A stretch of 64,000 nucleotides of DNA from Nitrospinaceae bacterium (lineage in GTDB: Bacteria > Nitrospinota > Nitrospinia > Nitrospinales > Nitrospinaceae), in contig OZ245011.1 in the NCBI GenBank assembly GCA_965223665.1, forward strand, positions 1,824,001-1,888,000, read 5' to 3'. Positions 1 through 10,136 of the stretch are shown here, one piece after another. The stretch's first letter is position 1, and the number at the start of each line of letters is the position of its first letter. Made by a program: the position numbers and the translations under genes. The notes beneath the pieces were generated by a model, which had not been told where the DNA came from, ran no database searches, and saw nothing but the letters and a program-made list of their open reading frames with translations.

Positions 1-73
1 CGGGAAGAGAAATGGGTTAGAAAGAGGAAAGTAATATCGGATGCACTTTATTTTTGTTATGAAATTTTTTTCT

Positions 74-478
74 TTAATCACCGCCACCATCACAGCCCCC
101 AAAATCACCTGCCGAAAACCCTCCCCCATCGGTCCCGTCAAATGAAAACCCGGAATCTAATTGGCTTCCCCTATAATTCACATCCATTGCGTTAAAATCA
201 CAATTTCCGTCAAAATACTTATCGCCAAGTTCCTGTCTCAGAGTTTGGTAATCCAACCCGATTCCACTTCCCTTTAATGCTTCGTTAAACGTGTCCTCCA
301 TACAAAACAGCGCATAACCGTAGTGAATATAGTTATCGTTTAAGCCGACGATTCGGCTGGATGATTTAACTTGCTGAGGGGTATACGCACTGGACTTTCC
401 ATACCTTTTTTCCAGCATGGGACCCAGTTTTTTTAAATACCCTTTTAAAGCAAAATGTTTTTTGATTCGCTCAAACAT
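74..478 (-). CDS. Hypothetical protein, DUF6559-like, with Gly/Asp-rich C-terminal tail
   Basis: ATG start at MFERIKKH; the 'LxKRYGKSxxYTPQQV' N-terminus and GGFS/GGCDGGGD tail are recalled as typical of this family. Confidence 0.55.
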   Translation of the reverse strand: MFERIKKHFALKGYLKKLGPMLEKRYGKSSAYTPQQVKSSSRIVGLNDNYIHYGYALFCMEDTFNEALKGSGIGLDYQTLRQELGDKYFDGNCDFNAMDVNYRGSQLDSGFSFDGTDGGGFSAGDFGGCDGGGD

Positions 479-733
479 ACTAATCACTATTTGTTAAAAA
501 AAGTTTTGTTGGCTTGGTAATACTAGAATAACAAAAGATTTAAGAAGAGATAGGGCAAATTGGGCTACGACCTTTTTTTATTATCATCATTCCAATTTTT
601 TGCGGACTTAAGTTTTGAGGAAAGCATTCTAATTGCGGTGGTTCCAAAGACTTATAAACTATGTGTCAGAACACTTAAAAAAATATCGAGTAGGTTCTAT
701 AATATAGAAACACAATTCAATTTTCTCTCATCT

Positions 734-764
734 CAGGTCCGGTAAAAATCGGAACCGGGACCTG
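734..764. terminator. Hairpin, probable terminator for the 781..1206 gene
   Basis: CAGGTCCGGT...ACCGGGACCTG inverted repeat just past the stop codon. Confidence 0.4.
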
Positions 765-780
765 CTCTTTTTTCGAACCA

Positions 781-1206
781 TTAAAACCTCAACTTGAAAA
801 GTGTGGCGGCCTGGGAATGGGAACTTGGCTTCTCCGGAATGAAAGGATCCACAATATTCGGTTCAGAGGTTGGACTTAAAAAGGTGGAGGGTTGTATTTT
901 TGACATGGACATTTCAGAATCCACTTCTTTATTTTTACCCACGGTCTGAGCCTTATCTCGGCTCACCGTAAATTCATTCTCTGTCATTCTTTGGGGACCC
1001 AGCAATTCCCAAATAGAAACTTTTCTTTTCTTTGGCTTGGCTTTTACATCCAGTCTGGCCACTTCCACTTCATTTTGTATTTTGCGGTTCTTTGAGGCAA
1101 TCCCTCGGGTGGGCTCTTCTGCACCGGCAACGCCTAACCCGCAACCAGTTGAAATCGTTAGCGTTATTAAGGTGGAACTGAGTATATTTTTTGTGGTGGC
1201 TTTCAT
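781..1206 (-). CDS. Secreted hypothetical protein (141 aa)
   Basis: AAGGAG RBS before the ATG at 1206; signal-peptide-like N-terminus. Confidence 0.7.
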   Translation of the reverse strand: MKATTKNILSSTLITLTISTGCGLGVAGAEEPTRGIASKNRKIQNEVEVARLDVKAKPKKRKVSIWELLGPQRMTENEFTVSRDKAQTVGKNKEVDSEMSMSKIQPSTFLSPTSEPNIVDPFIPEKPSSHSQAATLFKLRF

Positions 1207-1280
1207 TTTTGTACTCCTTTCGTTTTCATTTTGAAACCGAATATAGAGTAGTCTGATTAGCCGAATGATTCCTTTCATAA

Positions 1281-1308
1281 AAGTAACGATTTGTTTCATT
1301 TTGTAACA
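1281..1308 (-). promoter_or_regulatory. OmpR/CpxR-type direct-repeat operator
   Basis: GTAAC-N5-GTTTC-N5-GTAAC; 26/28 identical to 13032..13059. Confidence 0.7.
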
Positions 1309-1556
1309 AATATGTGGGAGGCGACTGGGAAAAGGGGGACTTTCGGTTTGGCCGCAAAGAGAGGAACCGTACTCAAAAAAATAGAAACGCTACTTGGCGT
1401 GGGGACCGGTGATGGCGCGACTGTCCGGGTCAGCAAACGGAATGAGGCAACAGAGGCTATCTAATTTTCGATACGATACTAACTGTCAGCGCTTACCGTG
1501 GAAGGGTGGAGCCAATCTGCCAGGCATCTATCGCATAACCTCAGCATTTGGATATT

Positions 1557-2135
1557 TTATTTCTTGTGACCGGAAACTACGCACTCGCCGCTGTCCAGAC
1601 TTTCCTGCATCGGGTTTCTTATTTCCTTGCCCTCAATGAAATAACGATTTTTCGTGACCGGCTTGCCATCAACAAAATGGGTCGAGGATTTTATACGGGC
1701 ATTTTTGTAACGGGTGCTGTTTTGGAAGTAGTCCGCCATGTCGTTGAGCCGGTCTGGCGGAAAATGACAATCCATCTTTCCACCCTTGGGCATGCTAACC
1801 ACGTAATTGCATTTCTCATTTTTCATGCCGGTGATGCGCCGTTCCAATTTTTCACCGGTCCACGGGTGGACATAAGGCTGTACGAAGGCAGCGCAATCTT
1901 TAATTTTTGATGCAAGCACTCGCAATTCTTTCGCTTCGCATTCATCTGCTTGAGAGTCCCAGATTTCATCTGAGAGACTTTTGGACAATTCCATACAGGC
2001 CGGCGCCAACGGGTCCTGCCTGGTCATGTTAAGACATTCACACACGGTGACTTTATTTTTACCGGCCTCGGATGTCGAAGTGGTTCCAGACCAGGGTGCA
2101 AGAAATATCAGAGCAATAATTAACAATCGTTTCAT
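1557..2135 (-). CDS. Secreted Cys-rich hypothetical protein
   Basis: Signal peptide, 8 Cys, AAGGGAG RBS. Confidence 0.75.
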   Translation of the reverse strand: MKRLLIIALIFLAPWSGTTSTSEAGKNKVTVCECLNMTRQDPLAPACMELSKSLSDEIWDSQADECEAKELRVLASKIKDCAAFVQPYVHPWTGEKLERRITGMKNEKCNYVVSMPKGGKMDCHFPPDRLNDMADYFQNSTRYKNARIKSSTHFVDGKPVTKNRYFIEGKEIRNPMQESLDSGECVVSGHKK

Positions 2136-2228
2136 AATCGACTCCCTTCTTCAGTTTCTTCACAGGCAATAAATTTTATATAGTGGTTGAAAGCTCAATT
2201 AATCCAGAAATAAAAAGGACACGAAAAA

Positions 2229-4664
2229 TTATTCGCGCTCTACCATAATGACAACAGAACCGGTTTGAGCTTTCTTGCCGGCTATCTCGATAACATGTGG
2301 TCCGGAGGATTGCAAAGTCACTGGTTTGGCTTTTAAACAAACCGGCGCTTCGAACAGGCGTTTTACCACATCGCCCTTGGCATCCGGGCCGATGATCCGC
2401 CAGACAATGTTACAGTCCTTGTTACTACTCGTCGGGTCCGCTAACGTCAGTTTCTCGCCCGCCTTGCCGTTAAAAGAAAATTGTACGCGTTGGCCCGGTG
2501 CTGCAATTGAACCGTCGAGGTTCTCGCCAAAGCGCAACGCTTCGACCTTTGGCTCAGGCACCTTAAAGGTTGTGACTGAAACCTTACCCGTAGCCGCCTT
2601 TTTGCCATCTATTTCCAGAATATGGGAGCCGGTGCCGGGTACCGTTACCGCACCGGTATCAAGGCAAACCGGCCCTTCGAAAACGGTGTTACGTTTGTCA
2701 CCGATACTGACAATCCGCCAGACGATTTTACAATTCTTGTTTCTTCTCTCGGGATTAACCAGCACCAGCTGATCACCGGCATTAGCATTAAAACTAAACT
2801 GCGCAACCGCGCCGGGTATATTGATTGAAGCGTCCTGCGGTTCACCGAACTTCAAATCCGCTTTCCGCGGTTCCGGCACGCGAACCATCTCGATACTGTA
2901 GGGACCTGTCTTTTTACCCGCATCGATAGTAACGGTTATAGTTTCCCCGCTGGGTATATCGATCGGGTCCGTCGCCAGACAGCTTGTACCCTGAAACAGT
3001 TGCGTTTCCCCGCTGAGCACGGCCCATTTGAAACCGCAATCGTTATCGCCTTCGGGGTCCATCAACAGAAGTTGATTCCCGTTTTCGACACGCAACCTGT
3101 AGGTATCCACCTGGCCGGGCGTTAACAGGTTACCATCATAGCGTTGCCGCTCGCCGAGACGCTCTGTATTTGAGCTTCCTTCAGCAGTTTTTCCCAGCAC
3201 AAAACCACCCTTGATACCGGCCGGAATATCGATCTCGAATAGCTTCGCATCCTCAACCTGCAGACGAGGCTCGGCGATGCACAGTGAACCCGTCGCTAAG
3301 ATCTTCTCCTTGCTATCAAGAATTGACCAGCGTGCAGCGCAGATTGACGCGTTGGTCCCTTCGACGACCTCAAGCCCCGTGTTGCGAAAAAATAATGTAC
3401 TGCCGTCGGATTTTTCCAGCGACCATCGCTTCCGTTGTCTGACTTTAGCTGCAGAGATTTCGACAGGCACGTTCAGTTTAAGCGCACCCCCATCGACTGT
3501 AGTAACTTCAGGAGGTGCAGCCGCGTTTTTATCCACATCCGCAATATTAGCCATATCTACAATATCAGTATTTGCCCATAACACATCACCGGTGAGTCCA
3601 ACGTCAAAGATGCATCCATCCTGCACCGGCCCCGGAGGAAGCCCCAGGTCTCCACACGTTTTGGACGCCTTGGCAACCGCATCAGCTGGCAGTGATTGGC
3701 GAGTCACAATCGTTTGTGGTTGGATGGACCCGAGGTCCGCCGACTCAAAAGGTTTTTTGAATAAAGAGCGCTCGCCGCTAGCCAACCAGTCCTCCAGAAA
3801 TTCGCCATAAAGCGCGTCGGTGTCAGCCGGGTCAATGGTTTTTCCATTATTTAACGCTACATCGTTGGCGGGATCTCCATCCCCGTTTCCCAGTAACCCG
3901 GCAAAGTCCCCCGACCATTCAGATGGGACTCGCAGGTTGATCGTGCGGCCACCTACAGTCGACAACGCCAATCCATTTTTAAACCGAAGCAAAAACCACT
4001 GTCGAAACCTTTGAATATGAATATCGTCGTCTTTGTAGGTGCCACCATCCAGGAACGGAATTGGTCGTCCATCCACAACGATCGGTACTGAATCCTCCGG
4101 CCCTGCTTCGAACAGGGTGACCACGCGATCTCCAACTCTGACCGCCAGGCCACGTGCAAAGGTAGCCCCGGGATTTACGGTTAACCTGGCAAAGCGCGCC
4201 TGCACTTCCACGTTACCCGCGGTATTACGTAACAACACATAATCGCCGGCACCCTGAAAATCGTAATAGCGTCCATCGAGTGTCTTCAGGTGCGGATCCC
4301 CAAACAGCCAGGCTATTAAGCCCTCCTCTTCTTCCTCCTCTGGTTCACCTCCGGGATAGTTTCTCGGATCATCAACAGGCCTCGGGGCAGATTCACCCAT
4401 CCCCTCCTCGAAGCAGCGCTTGACCATATCGCCCGGACTCTCAGTTATTTCAAGGCCGACCGCACCCCCTACTACACTACCCCACGGACCGAATCGGCCA
4501 AACGGAGCGGGAATCACGCTACCTGCGATTTGTTCGGCCACTTGCGCCATACTGCCGCACTCGGTTTCCGCCTTAGCGGATTGGACGACCAGCAGACAGA
4601 ATCCAAACACCATAAGCGCAAGTTGCGTTCGAAAGGACAATTTGTTTTGCGTGGACCTACTCAT
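2229..4664 (-). CDS. Secreted VWD-domain protein with C-terminal beta-sandwich (PPC-like) repeats
   Basis: Signal peptide; FGDPHLKTLDGRYYDFQGAGDYVL and GLLGN motifs; CIFD motif; about 100-aa repeats each with C..W...C. Confidence 0.85.
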   Translation of the reverse strand: MSRSTQNKLSFRTQLALMVFGFCLLVVQSAKAETECGSMAQVAEQIAGSVIPAPFGRFGPWGSVVGGAVGLEITESPGDMVKRCFEEGMGESAPRPVDDPRNYPGGEPEEEEEEGLIAWLFGDPHLKTLDGRYYDFQGAGDYVLLRNTAGNVEVQARFARLTVNPGATFARGLAVRVGDRVVTLFEAGPEDSVPIVVDGRPIPFLDGGTYKDDDIHIQRFRQWFLLRFKNGLALSTVGGRTINLRVPSEWSGDFAGLLGNGDGDPANDVALNNGKTIDPADTDALYGEFLEDWLASGERSLFKKPFESADLGSIQPQTIVTRQSLPADAVAKASKTCGDLGLPPGPVQDGCIFDVGLTGDVLWANTDIVDMANIADVDKNAAAPPEVTTVDGGALKLNVPVEISAAKVRQRKRWSLEKSDGSTLFFRNTGLEVVEGTNASICAARWSILDSKEKILATGSLCIAEPRLQVEDAKLFEIDIPAGIKGGFVLGKTAEGSSNTERLGERQRYDGNLLTPGQVDTYRLRVENGNQLLLMDPEGDNDCGFKWAVLSGETQLFQGTSCLATDPIDIPSGETITVTIDAGKKTGPYSIEMVRVPEPRKADLKFGEPQDASINIPGAVAQFSFNANAGDQLVLVNPERRNKNCKIVWRIVSIGDKRNTVFEGPVCLDTGAVTVPGTGSHILEIDGKKAATGKVSVTTFKVPEPKVEALRFGENLDGSIAAPGQRVQFSFNGKAGEKLTLADPTSSNKDCNIVWRIIGPDAKGDVVKRLFEAPVCLKAKPVTLQSSGPHVIEIAGKKAQTGSVVIMVERE

Positions 4665-5533
4665 TTCTCAACCCTATACTCATGCTCAACGACTTTTGAT
4701 ACCTGCATATCGACTTCTTCACCGTTCCGGGTTGTCTTTGCCTTGAAGAAAACATTGACCTGGCTCTTGACCTGCCGGGCGATGAGCAAATGTCGGTCCC
4801 AGGTTCCTGAAGCCACAACGCTGACAGTCGAATCCTTCATTTCATTTTGCATCGATACTTTTGCGGTCAGTTCGAGTTCGTTTATAGAATCCAATTGGAT
4901 CTCTACGGGGGACGGGTACTCTGCGTCGGCGTATGTCCATTTGGCACCAGAGCCGACAGGTTCGCCGGGAACCATTAAGAACAGAGCCGGTGTATTGAGG
5001 AGTTCAGAGTGCCGATCCTTACTTAAAACCGATGGCGGTTCCACTTTCGTCAGTACGCCATTAGAGCTCAGTCGCCATTCCCAGGATCCTGTGTTGCCCT
5101 TGCGGCTGCCGACTTTCGTTGCCTGGAACCGCGCTACAAGGTCCCTGGAGGTTTCTGGCCCAACCAGGCGCACTCCCAGTTGGTAGCGAGAGTCATAGGC
5201 ATCGCTAAATGGCTTATCGCCTATCGTTCCTTCAGTCACACTGCTTGCCGAGACATTTACTTTGACCGGTGTGGTTTGATCGATGCTTATTAAGAAGCGC
5301 GGTTCCGAGCCAGCCTCTATGAGGCGGACACCGTTGAAGTCAACCCGATCCCGATTGACGTTTGTTTCTGATTTGGTCTCAGGTTTTGGCTCGGGTTTTT
5401 TCTCTGAGGCCGCTTTATCTTTGCTTGCACCGGGTTCATCATGGTTGTCGTCTTTGCCTGAGCAGGCACTCAGCGTTAAAACGACGGCCGAAGCTATGAA
5501 TAAATGCAGTATCTTTAATGGTAAGTTATTCAC
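4661..5533 (-). CDS. Lipoprotein of unknown function
   Basis: LSAC lipobox; stop overlaps the VWD gene start (ATGA). Confidence 0.8.
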   Translation of the reverse strand: MNNLPLKILHLFIASAVVLTLSACSGKDDNHDEPGASKDKAASEKKPEPKPETKSETNVNRDRVDFNGVRLIEAGSEPRFLISIDQTTPVKVNVSASSVTEGTIGDKPFSDAYDSRYQLGVRLVGPETSRDLVARFQATKVGSRKGNTGSWEWRLSSNGVLTKVEPPSVLSKDRHSELLNTPALFLMVPGEPVGSGAKWTYADAEYPSPVEIQLDSINELELTAKVSMQNEMKDSTVSVVASGTWDRHLLIARQVKSQVNVFFKAKTTRNGEEVDMQVSKVVEHEYRVEK

Positions 5534-6091
5534 TTGAGTATGGCAGCGTTAAAGAAAAGTATTTTACTGACTGGAAAGCACTTCGCACTACGGCAATGGA
5601 AACCTATTACCGTCAGCGACGAATAAAGCGATTATAAACACCCTCTCTCCCGGAATCAACCGCCGGATTTAACTCCGTTTAAGGACATGGCCGAACGCGA
5701 TCTTGAATGTATCTTCAACTACGTACAAATCATTAGCAGCTTCCTGTGCCTCTGTCAGCTAAATACCAGCACTCAACAGGAAGATAAAGCAGACGTAGTT
5801 ATTTTTTGAGACAAAATGATTTAGGAAACAGAGAGCGTTTTGGCACAATCTATCTGTCGCTCACCTCAATAAAAGGCTTATTTTGAAACAGAATTGGGTA
5901 TTCCGGGTAAAACATGTTAGGCATTGGATTACTTGCTGCCCAATTTGTTTTCTATCTAATCAAGTTTTTTCCAAAAACTTTTATGGGATTCATCATTGGG
6001 TTTCCGGAGGTTTTAAAATTAAAACAGAACTTCTCAGTTCTGAACAAAACCTAATAAATTTGAAATAAGGATACCGCCCCGAGTTCTTGGC

Positions 6092-6463
6092 CTAGGGCTT
6101 CGTTAGCCATAGTCGTATAATGACACCATTCCGACGGATTACAACATCATTGGACCTGCGAATCTCGTAATCAATATTGACCCGCCAATTGTTGTTAAAT
6201 GCATCACGCAACAAATCCAACATTCCCTGCCGAACTAGTCGGTTTTGGTCATTTCGCAGTTGAAAGCCGAATGCGCCTTGGTGCCCTGCAAATTTGGCCA
6301 CAACTTCGACGTCAATCTGATCACCATTAGGGCCAAACCCTGTGCCCATATTATGGACACGGAGCAGTGTCAACTGGGCATTGCTAATGTTGCGAAGCTC
6401 GGCCTCAGCCGTACCTGTGTTTAACAAAAGTATGGCCAAAAAAGCTAAAATAAAAGTCTTCAT
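6092..6463 (-). CDS. Small secreted protein homologous to the C-terminal domain of the upstream 1079-aa protein
   Basis: Signal peptide ending AEA; GGAG RBS; shared LTxLRVHxxGTGFGP...FGxQLR...MLDLLRxAF...VxIxYE. Confidence 0.85.
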   Translation of the reverse strand: MKTFILAFLAILLLNTGTAEAELRNISNAQLTLLRVHNMGTGFGPNGDQIDVEVVAKFAGHQGAFGFQLRNDQNRLVRQGMLDLLRDAFNNNWRVNIDYEIRRSNDVVIRRNGVIIRLWLTKP

Positions 6464-6503
6464 AAAGTTATGCTCCCAAAAGAGGAACTCAATAGATTAA
6501 ATA

Positions 6504-9500
6504 TTAAATCCGGGTCACACGTATAATGCGCCCAGATCTGGGACCGATACGTTCATATTCAATTCGAACTGGTGTATTTTGACGGAATGCATTGCGCAGC
6601 AGGTCAAGCATCCGACTGTTTACTGCCTCGTTTGGGCCACCACGAAGTTGTAGCCCGAATACCTTTTTCGCATCACTGTCCAACCTAACAATCGCTTCAG
6701 CATCCAAAAAATCGAAGGGTGGGCCGAATCCGGTCCCAACATCATGCACACGTAAAAACGTTAGACGCCCCTTTGCAGCCAAAACGGTACCCAGTGGCGT
6801 ATCTGTTTGGACCTCATATGCGCCACGACCAAAGGTTGCAGCACGTAACACACCAGTTGTTGGGTGCACCTGCAGTTCCATAACGTTTGTTGCCGAATGC
6901 ATTCCATTCACATAGGGTGTCCAAGTCCAGGTGGCCCAGTTATCATTCGACTGGCCCTTGAAAACGCCGGATCGACGAGTCGCCACATAAATTGTATCGT
7001 CGAGCAAGAGGTCGACCGCAAGTGAGTTGATTCCTCCCGCTGGCAATCCTTGACTCAAATCCGTCCCGGTCAGTTCCGCTGACCCACTGTTATCACGGGT
7101 TAACCGCATCACTCGTCCAAGGTTGTTTCCAGTAAAAGCGGCATACATCACATCAGATTGAAAGATGTCTCGCTCCAAATCAACCAGTTGTCGGATTTCT
7201 GGATGCTTATAAACTTGCTGAAAGCTGAGCCCACCGATACCGGCAAAAATAGCACCTTGAGTGGAGCCAGCAAAATACGTATCGCTTTGAGGGTCAATCG
7301 CCAGGCGGGTAAGTCTGCCTGCTTGGGGCGCGAAGTCCTGTTTCCACGGCAAACCTTTCCACAGCCCGTTACATGTGGCCAATAGAATTTCTGAATCTCG
7401 CGGATGCACCATGAAATGATTAGGATGCGGGCCAAATTCTGCTGAGACCGGGCAACCCTCTGGGAGGTCTTCGCTAATGTTTGAGAAATCAGAACGTGTC
7501 GAGTTCGATCCTTTTGCGGATTTTTTAAGCTGGCGCATTTCTTGTCCCAGTTCAAAAAATATATTTGAATCATGGTCATCAATTTCGACCCCTTCTGAAT
7601 CGCCCCCGACCAAGTAATGCCAAGTCGTATCGTTTCCATCATAGACACTGGCTCCATTGTCTTGTGTACCCCCATAAACAACGTTTGGTTGCTTGGCTGA
7701 GTCAGCGATTGTATAAAATTCTGTAATCCTTAGGCCCTCACCTATAAATGACCAAGTCCCGTCTTTTCCGCGACCGTTTGATCGGTAAAGCCCTCCGTCA
7801 CTTCCTGTAAAGATTATCTCCGGGTTATTAGGATGAAATGCAAAGCCGTGGTGATCTACATGCGGTTGTTTAGCTCTTTTAAAAGTGTCACCGAAATCGC
7901 TGGAGTGCCATAAATCAGTACCAGCCGCATAAACAAACTTGGGATTTATTGGATCCACGTAGATCGCGCTCCATAACCAGCGGTGCACCGGAACACCGCC
8001 AAGTGAATGTTGAGGATTCCATGCGAGTTCCCAACTTTGTTCAGCAACACCGCCTGTCTGACAGCTGACATTGGTAGTTCGATAAAGAGCCCAGCTGTCA
8101 GGCTCCTTATGACTTGCGAATAGGCGCCCTTTCGAAAACGCAAGTTTGATGCTAACATCTTCGCTCACTTGGGGCAAACGTGCTCCCGGACACCCGTTCA
8201 GTCGGCGCCAGTTCATTGGTGCCGTCCCCGTCAAAGGAGCAACGTAGATCCCCGACCGCCCGACCGCTGTGCCGTTCACGGACATCCAAGCACGGCTTAA
8301 CGTATCAGTGTCAAAGGCAAAAGCCGAAATGCGCTCGCTTCCCAAAATAGGGAAAACAATAGTCCAATCGGTACCTCCGTTGTTCGAATATCGCAATCCG
8401 CCACGCGACGTCAGGAACATCTGATTGGGATCGGTTGGATGGATAAACAATCCATGCCCATCAGAGCCAGTTGCGTCCAAATCGGTCATCGTCACTGCAA
8501 ACCAAGTCGCACCTGAATCATCGGAGCGGTATATTCCATTGTTCTTTGTCGTTACAAATACAGTTGATGAGTCGACGGGCGACAGATCAACATCTTCGAT
8601 TCTGAGTGTTGGTAATGCATCTGCGACTACCGCCCAATTTGCACCGCCATCTGTTGTTTTCCAAACCCCAGCTGCTCGCGCCGCAACATAGATGATCTCT
8701 GGATTACTGGGGTCGATTGCAACAGATCCCAGTCGCCCAACAGCTCCTAAACCGTCGTCGATCAACGTCGGTCCAATAGATTGCCATTCCCCAACCGGAC
8801 CAGACGGTTGCACGAACGCCGCAATCCCCCCCGGAACAGTCACATCAAGATTTACGTCAGGTGCAACGCGATAGTATCCGCGCACCCCTTTGATTGAACC
8901 TGACACTTGAAGCGTTGCAGTGGAATTTGGCAAAAGGATACGGCCTGGCGCTTCTAAACAGGGTTGTGTGCTGGCTTTTATAGGCTGTTCGAAGGGTTTC
9001 CCAGCTGGCCAAGGGACTCTAATTTCAATATCACTACCTGGTTCGACGAACTTGGTCAGATTATGGTAAATCGTACGATCCCCAAATTTGATAGAAACAG
9101 GAATTCGCATGCGATCCGCCCCTGGGTTTCGCAATCGCAATTGGATCGCAACCGGCTGAGCATTTATACTCAAGATATCGAGTGCGTCGATGGAGGCTAC
9201 CGCCTCGGGCTTCTCCATTTCGATAAAAACAGGAAGCTCGACAATATTGTCCGCTCGATCCCGATCAATAATGGAGAATTCCGGATCGACGATCATAGTC
9301 AGCAGAAGTGTTCGTGGGTCCGGCGCTGCAGACCATTCGAAACGAAGTTCTTTAGTTTCGAAACTGTCGAAATCCAATTTTTGGCGCCCTACTAAGGCGC
9401 CATTGGCGATCAAAACAACTTCAACTTTCTTCAGCTTTTTCCTTGACGCGTTTTGGACGCGTCCATACGCCAAAAAGGGACTGTTGGATTTCAAACAAGA

Positions 9501-9743
9501 CTGTCCAATCTTCAGTCCCAACGCTGACAAGTTAGCTTTTTGGTCCGTTCGAATACCTTCTATTGGATTAGGTTCTGCTACGGTTTGAGTATGTGCCACG
9601 ATCACTGAAAAGACGATGCCAATGGCGTAGAACATATTACGATAGCCTACCATCTTGATTTTTCGGAGCAGTGAGGTTCTATAAATATTTAGAAAACTAT
9701 GCTTTGTATACTTTGCAAAAAACATTGATAACCCTCCTTGCAA
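6504..9743 (-). CDS. Large secreted protein: CARDB-like domain + BNR/Asp-box beta-propellers (GH74/VPS10-like) + C-terminal small domain; true start probably about 30 codons downstream
   Basis: 'VDPEFSIIDRDRADN' CARDB-like motif; repeated (S/T)xDxGxxW Asp boxes; HVDHH and GGTQDNG motifs. Confidence 0.85.
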   Translation of the reverse strand: MQGGLSMFFAKYTKHSFLNIYRTSLLRKIKMVGYRNMFYAIGIVFSVIVAHTQTVAEPNPIEGIRTDQKANLSALGLKIGQSCLKSNSPFLAYGRVQNASRKKLKKVEVVLIANGALVGRQKLDFDSFETKELRFEWSAAPDPRTLLLTMIVDPEFSIIDRDRADNIVELPVFIEMEKPEAVASIDALDILSINAQPVAIQLRLRNPGADRMRIPVSIKFGDRTIYHNLTKFVEPGSDIEIRVPWPAGKPFEQPIKASTQPCLEAPGRILLPNSTATLQVSGSIKGVRGYYRVAPDVNLDVTVPGGIAAFVQPSGPVGEWQSIGPTLIDDGLGAVGRLGSVAIDPSNPEIIYVAARAAGVWKTTDGGANWAVVADALPTLRIEDVDLSPVDSSTVFVTTKNNGIYRSDDSGATWFAVTMTDLDATGSDGHGLFIHPTDPNQMFLTSRGGLRYSNNGGTDWTIVFPILGSERISAFAFDTDTLSRAWMSVNGTAVGRSGIYVAPLTGTAPMNWRRLNGCPGARLPQVSEDVSIKLAFSKGRLFASHKEPDSWALYRTTNVSCQTGGVAEQSWELAWNPQHSLGGVPVHRWLWSAIYVDPINPKFVYAAGTDLWHSSDFGDTFKRAKQPHVDHHGFAFHPNNPEIIFTGSDGGLYRSNGRGKDGTWSFIGEGLRITEFYTIADSAKQPNVVYGGTQDNGASVYDGNDTTWHYLVGGDSEGVEIDDHDSNIFFELGQEMRQLKKSAKGSNSTRSDFSNISEDLPEGCPVSAEFGPHPNHFMVHPRDSEILLATCNGLWKGLPWKQDFAPQAGRLTRLAIDPQSDTYFAGSTQGAIFAGIGGLSFQQVYKHPEIRQLVDLERDIFQSDVMYAAFTGNNLGRVMRLTRDNSGSAELTGTDLSQGLPAGGINSLAVDLLLDDTIYVATRRSGVFKGQSNDNWATWTWTPYVNGMHSATNVMELQVHPTTGVLRAATFGRGAYEVQTDTPLGTVLAAKGRLTFLRVHDVGTGFGPPFDFLDAEAIVRLDSDAKKVFGLQLRGGPNEAVNSRMLDLLRNAFRQNTPVRIEYERIGPRSGRIIRVTRI

Positions 9744-10136
9744 GAAAAGACATCAGTGTGCTTGTTCTCTAATTCTGCGTGCTCCGTCATAAAGAGCCTT
9801 AGCTTTTTTATAATAATTTCTGTCTATTTCCTACTGCTCTAGCACCTGTGCTAGCTGACATACTGGGCAATGATTGAATAGGAGATTGGTGTTTTAATTT
9901 GGTAATAATTCCGAATTTCACAAATATTATCAAAAAACTATTTGTTTTTACACCTAATTTATTGGAAAGACGAAAAAAAGGAAGTTCTCGTTAGCTTTGA
10001 AACAGAATTAGGTAATCTGGGTAAAACTTGTTGGGTATGGGATTACTGGCTATTCATTTTATTTTCTATTCGGTCAAGTTGCTTCCTGAAACGGTCAGAG
10101 GATTCATCATTGGGTTTTGGAATTCTAAAGTAAGAC

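Noticed and set aside
5534-5850. Stop-interrupted reading frame upstream of the lipoprotein, as a pseudogene
   Set aside because: Several stops and no recognisable homology; cannot be supported without a search
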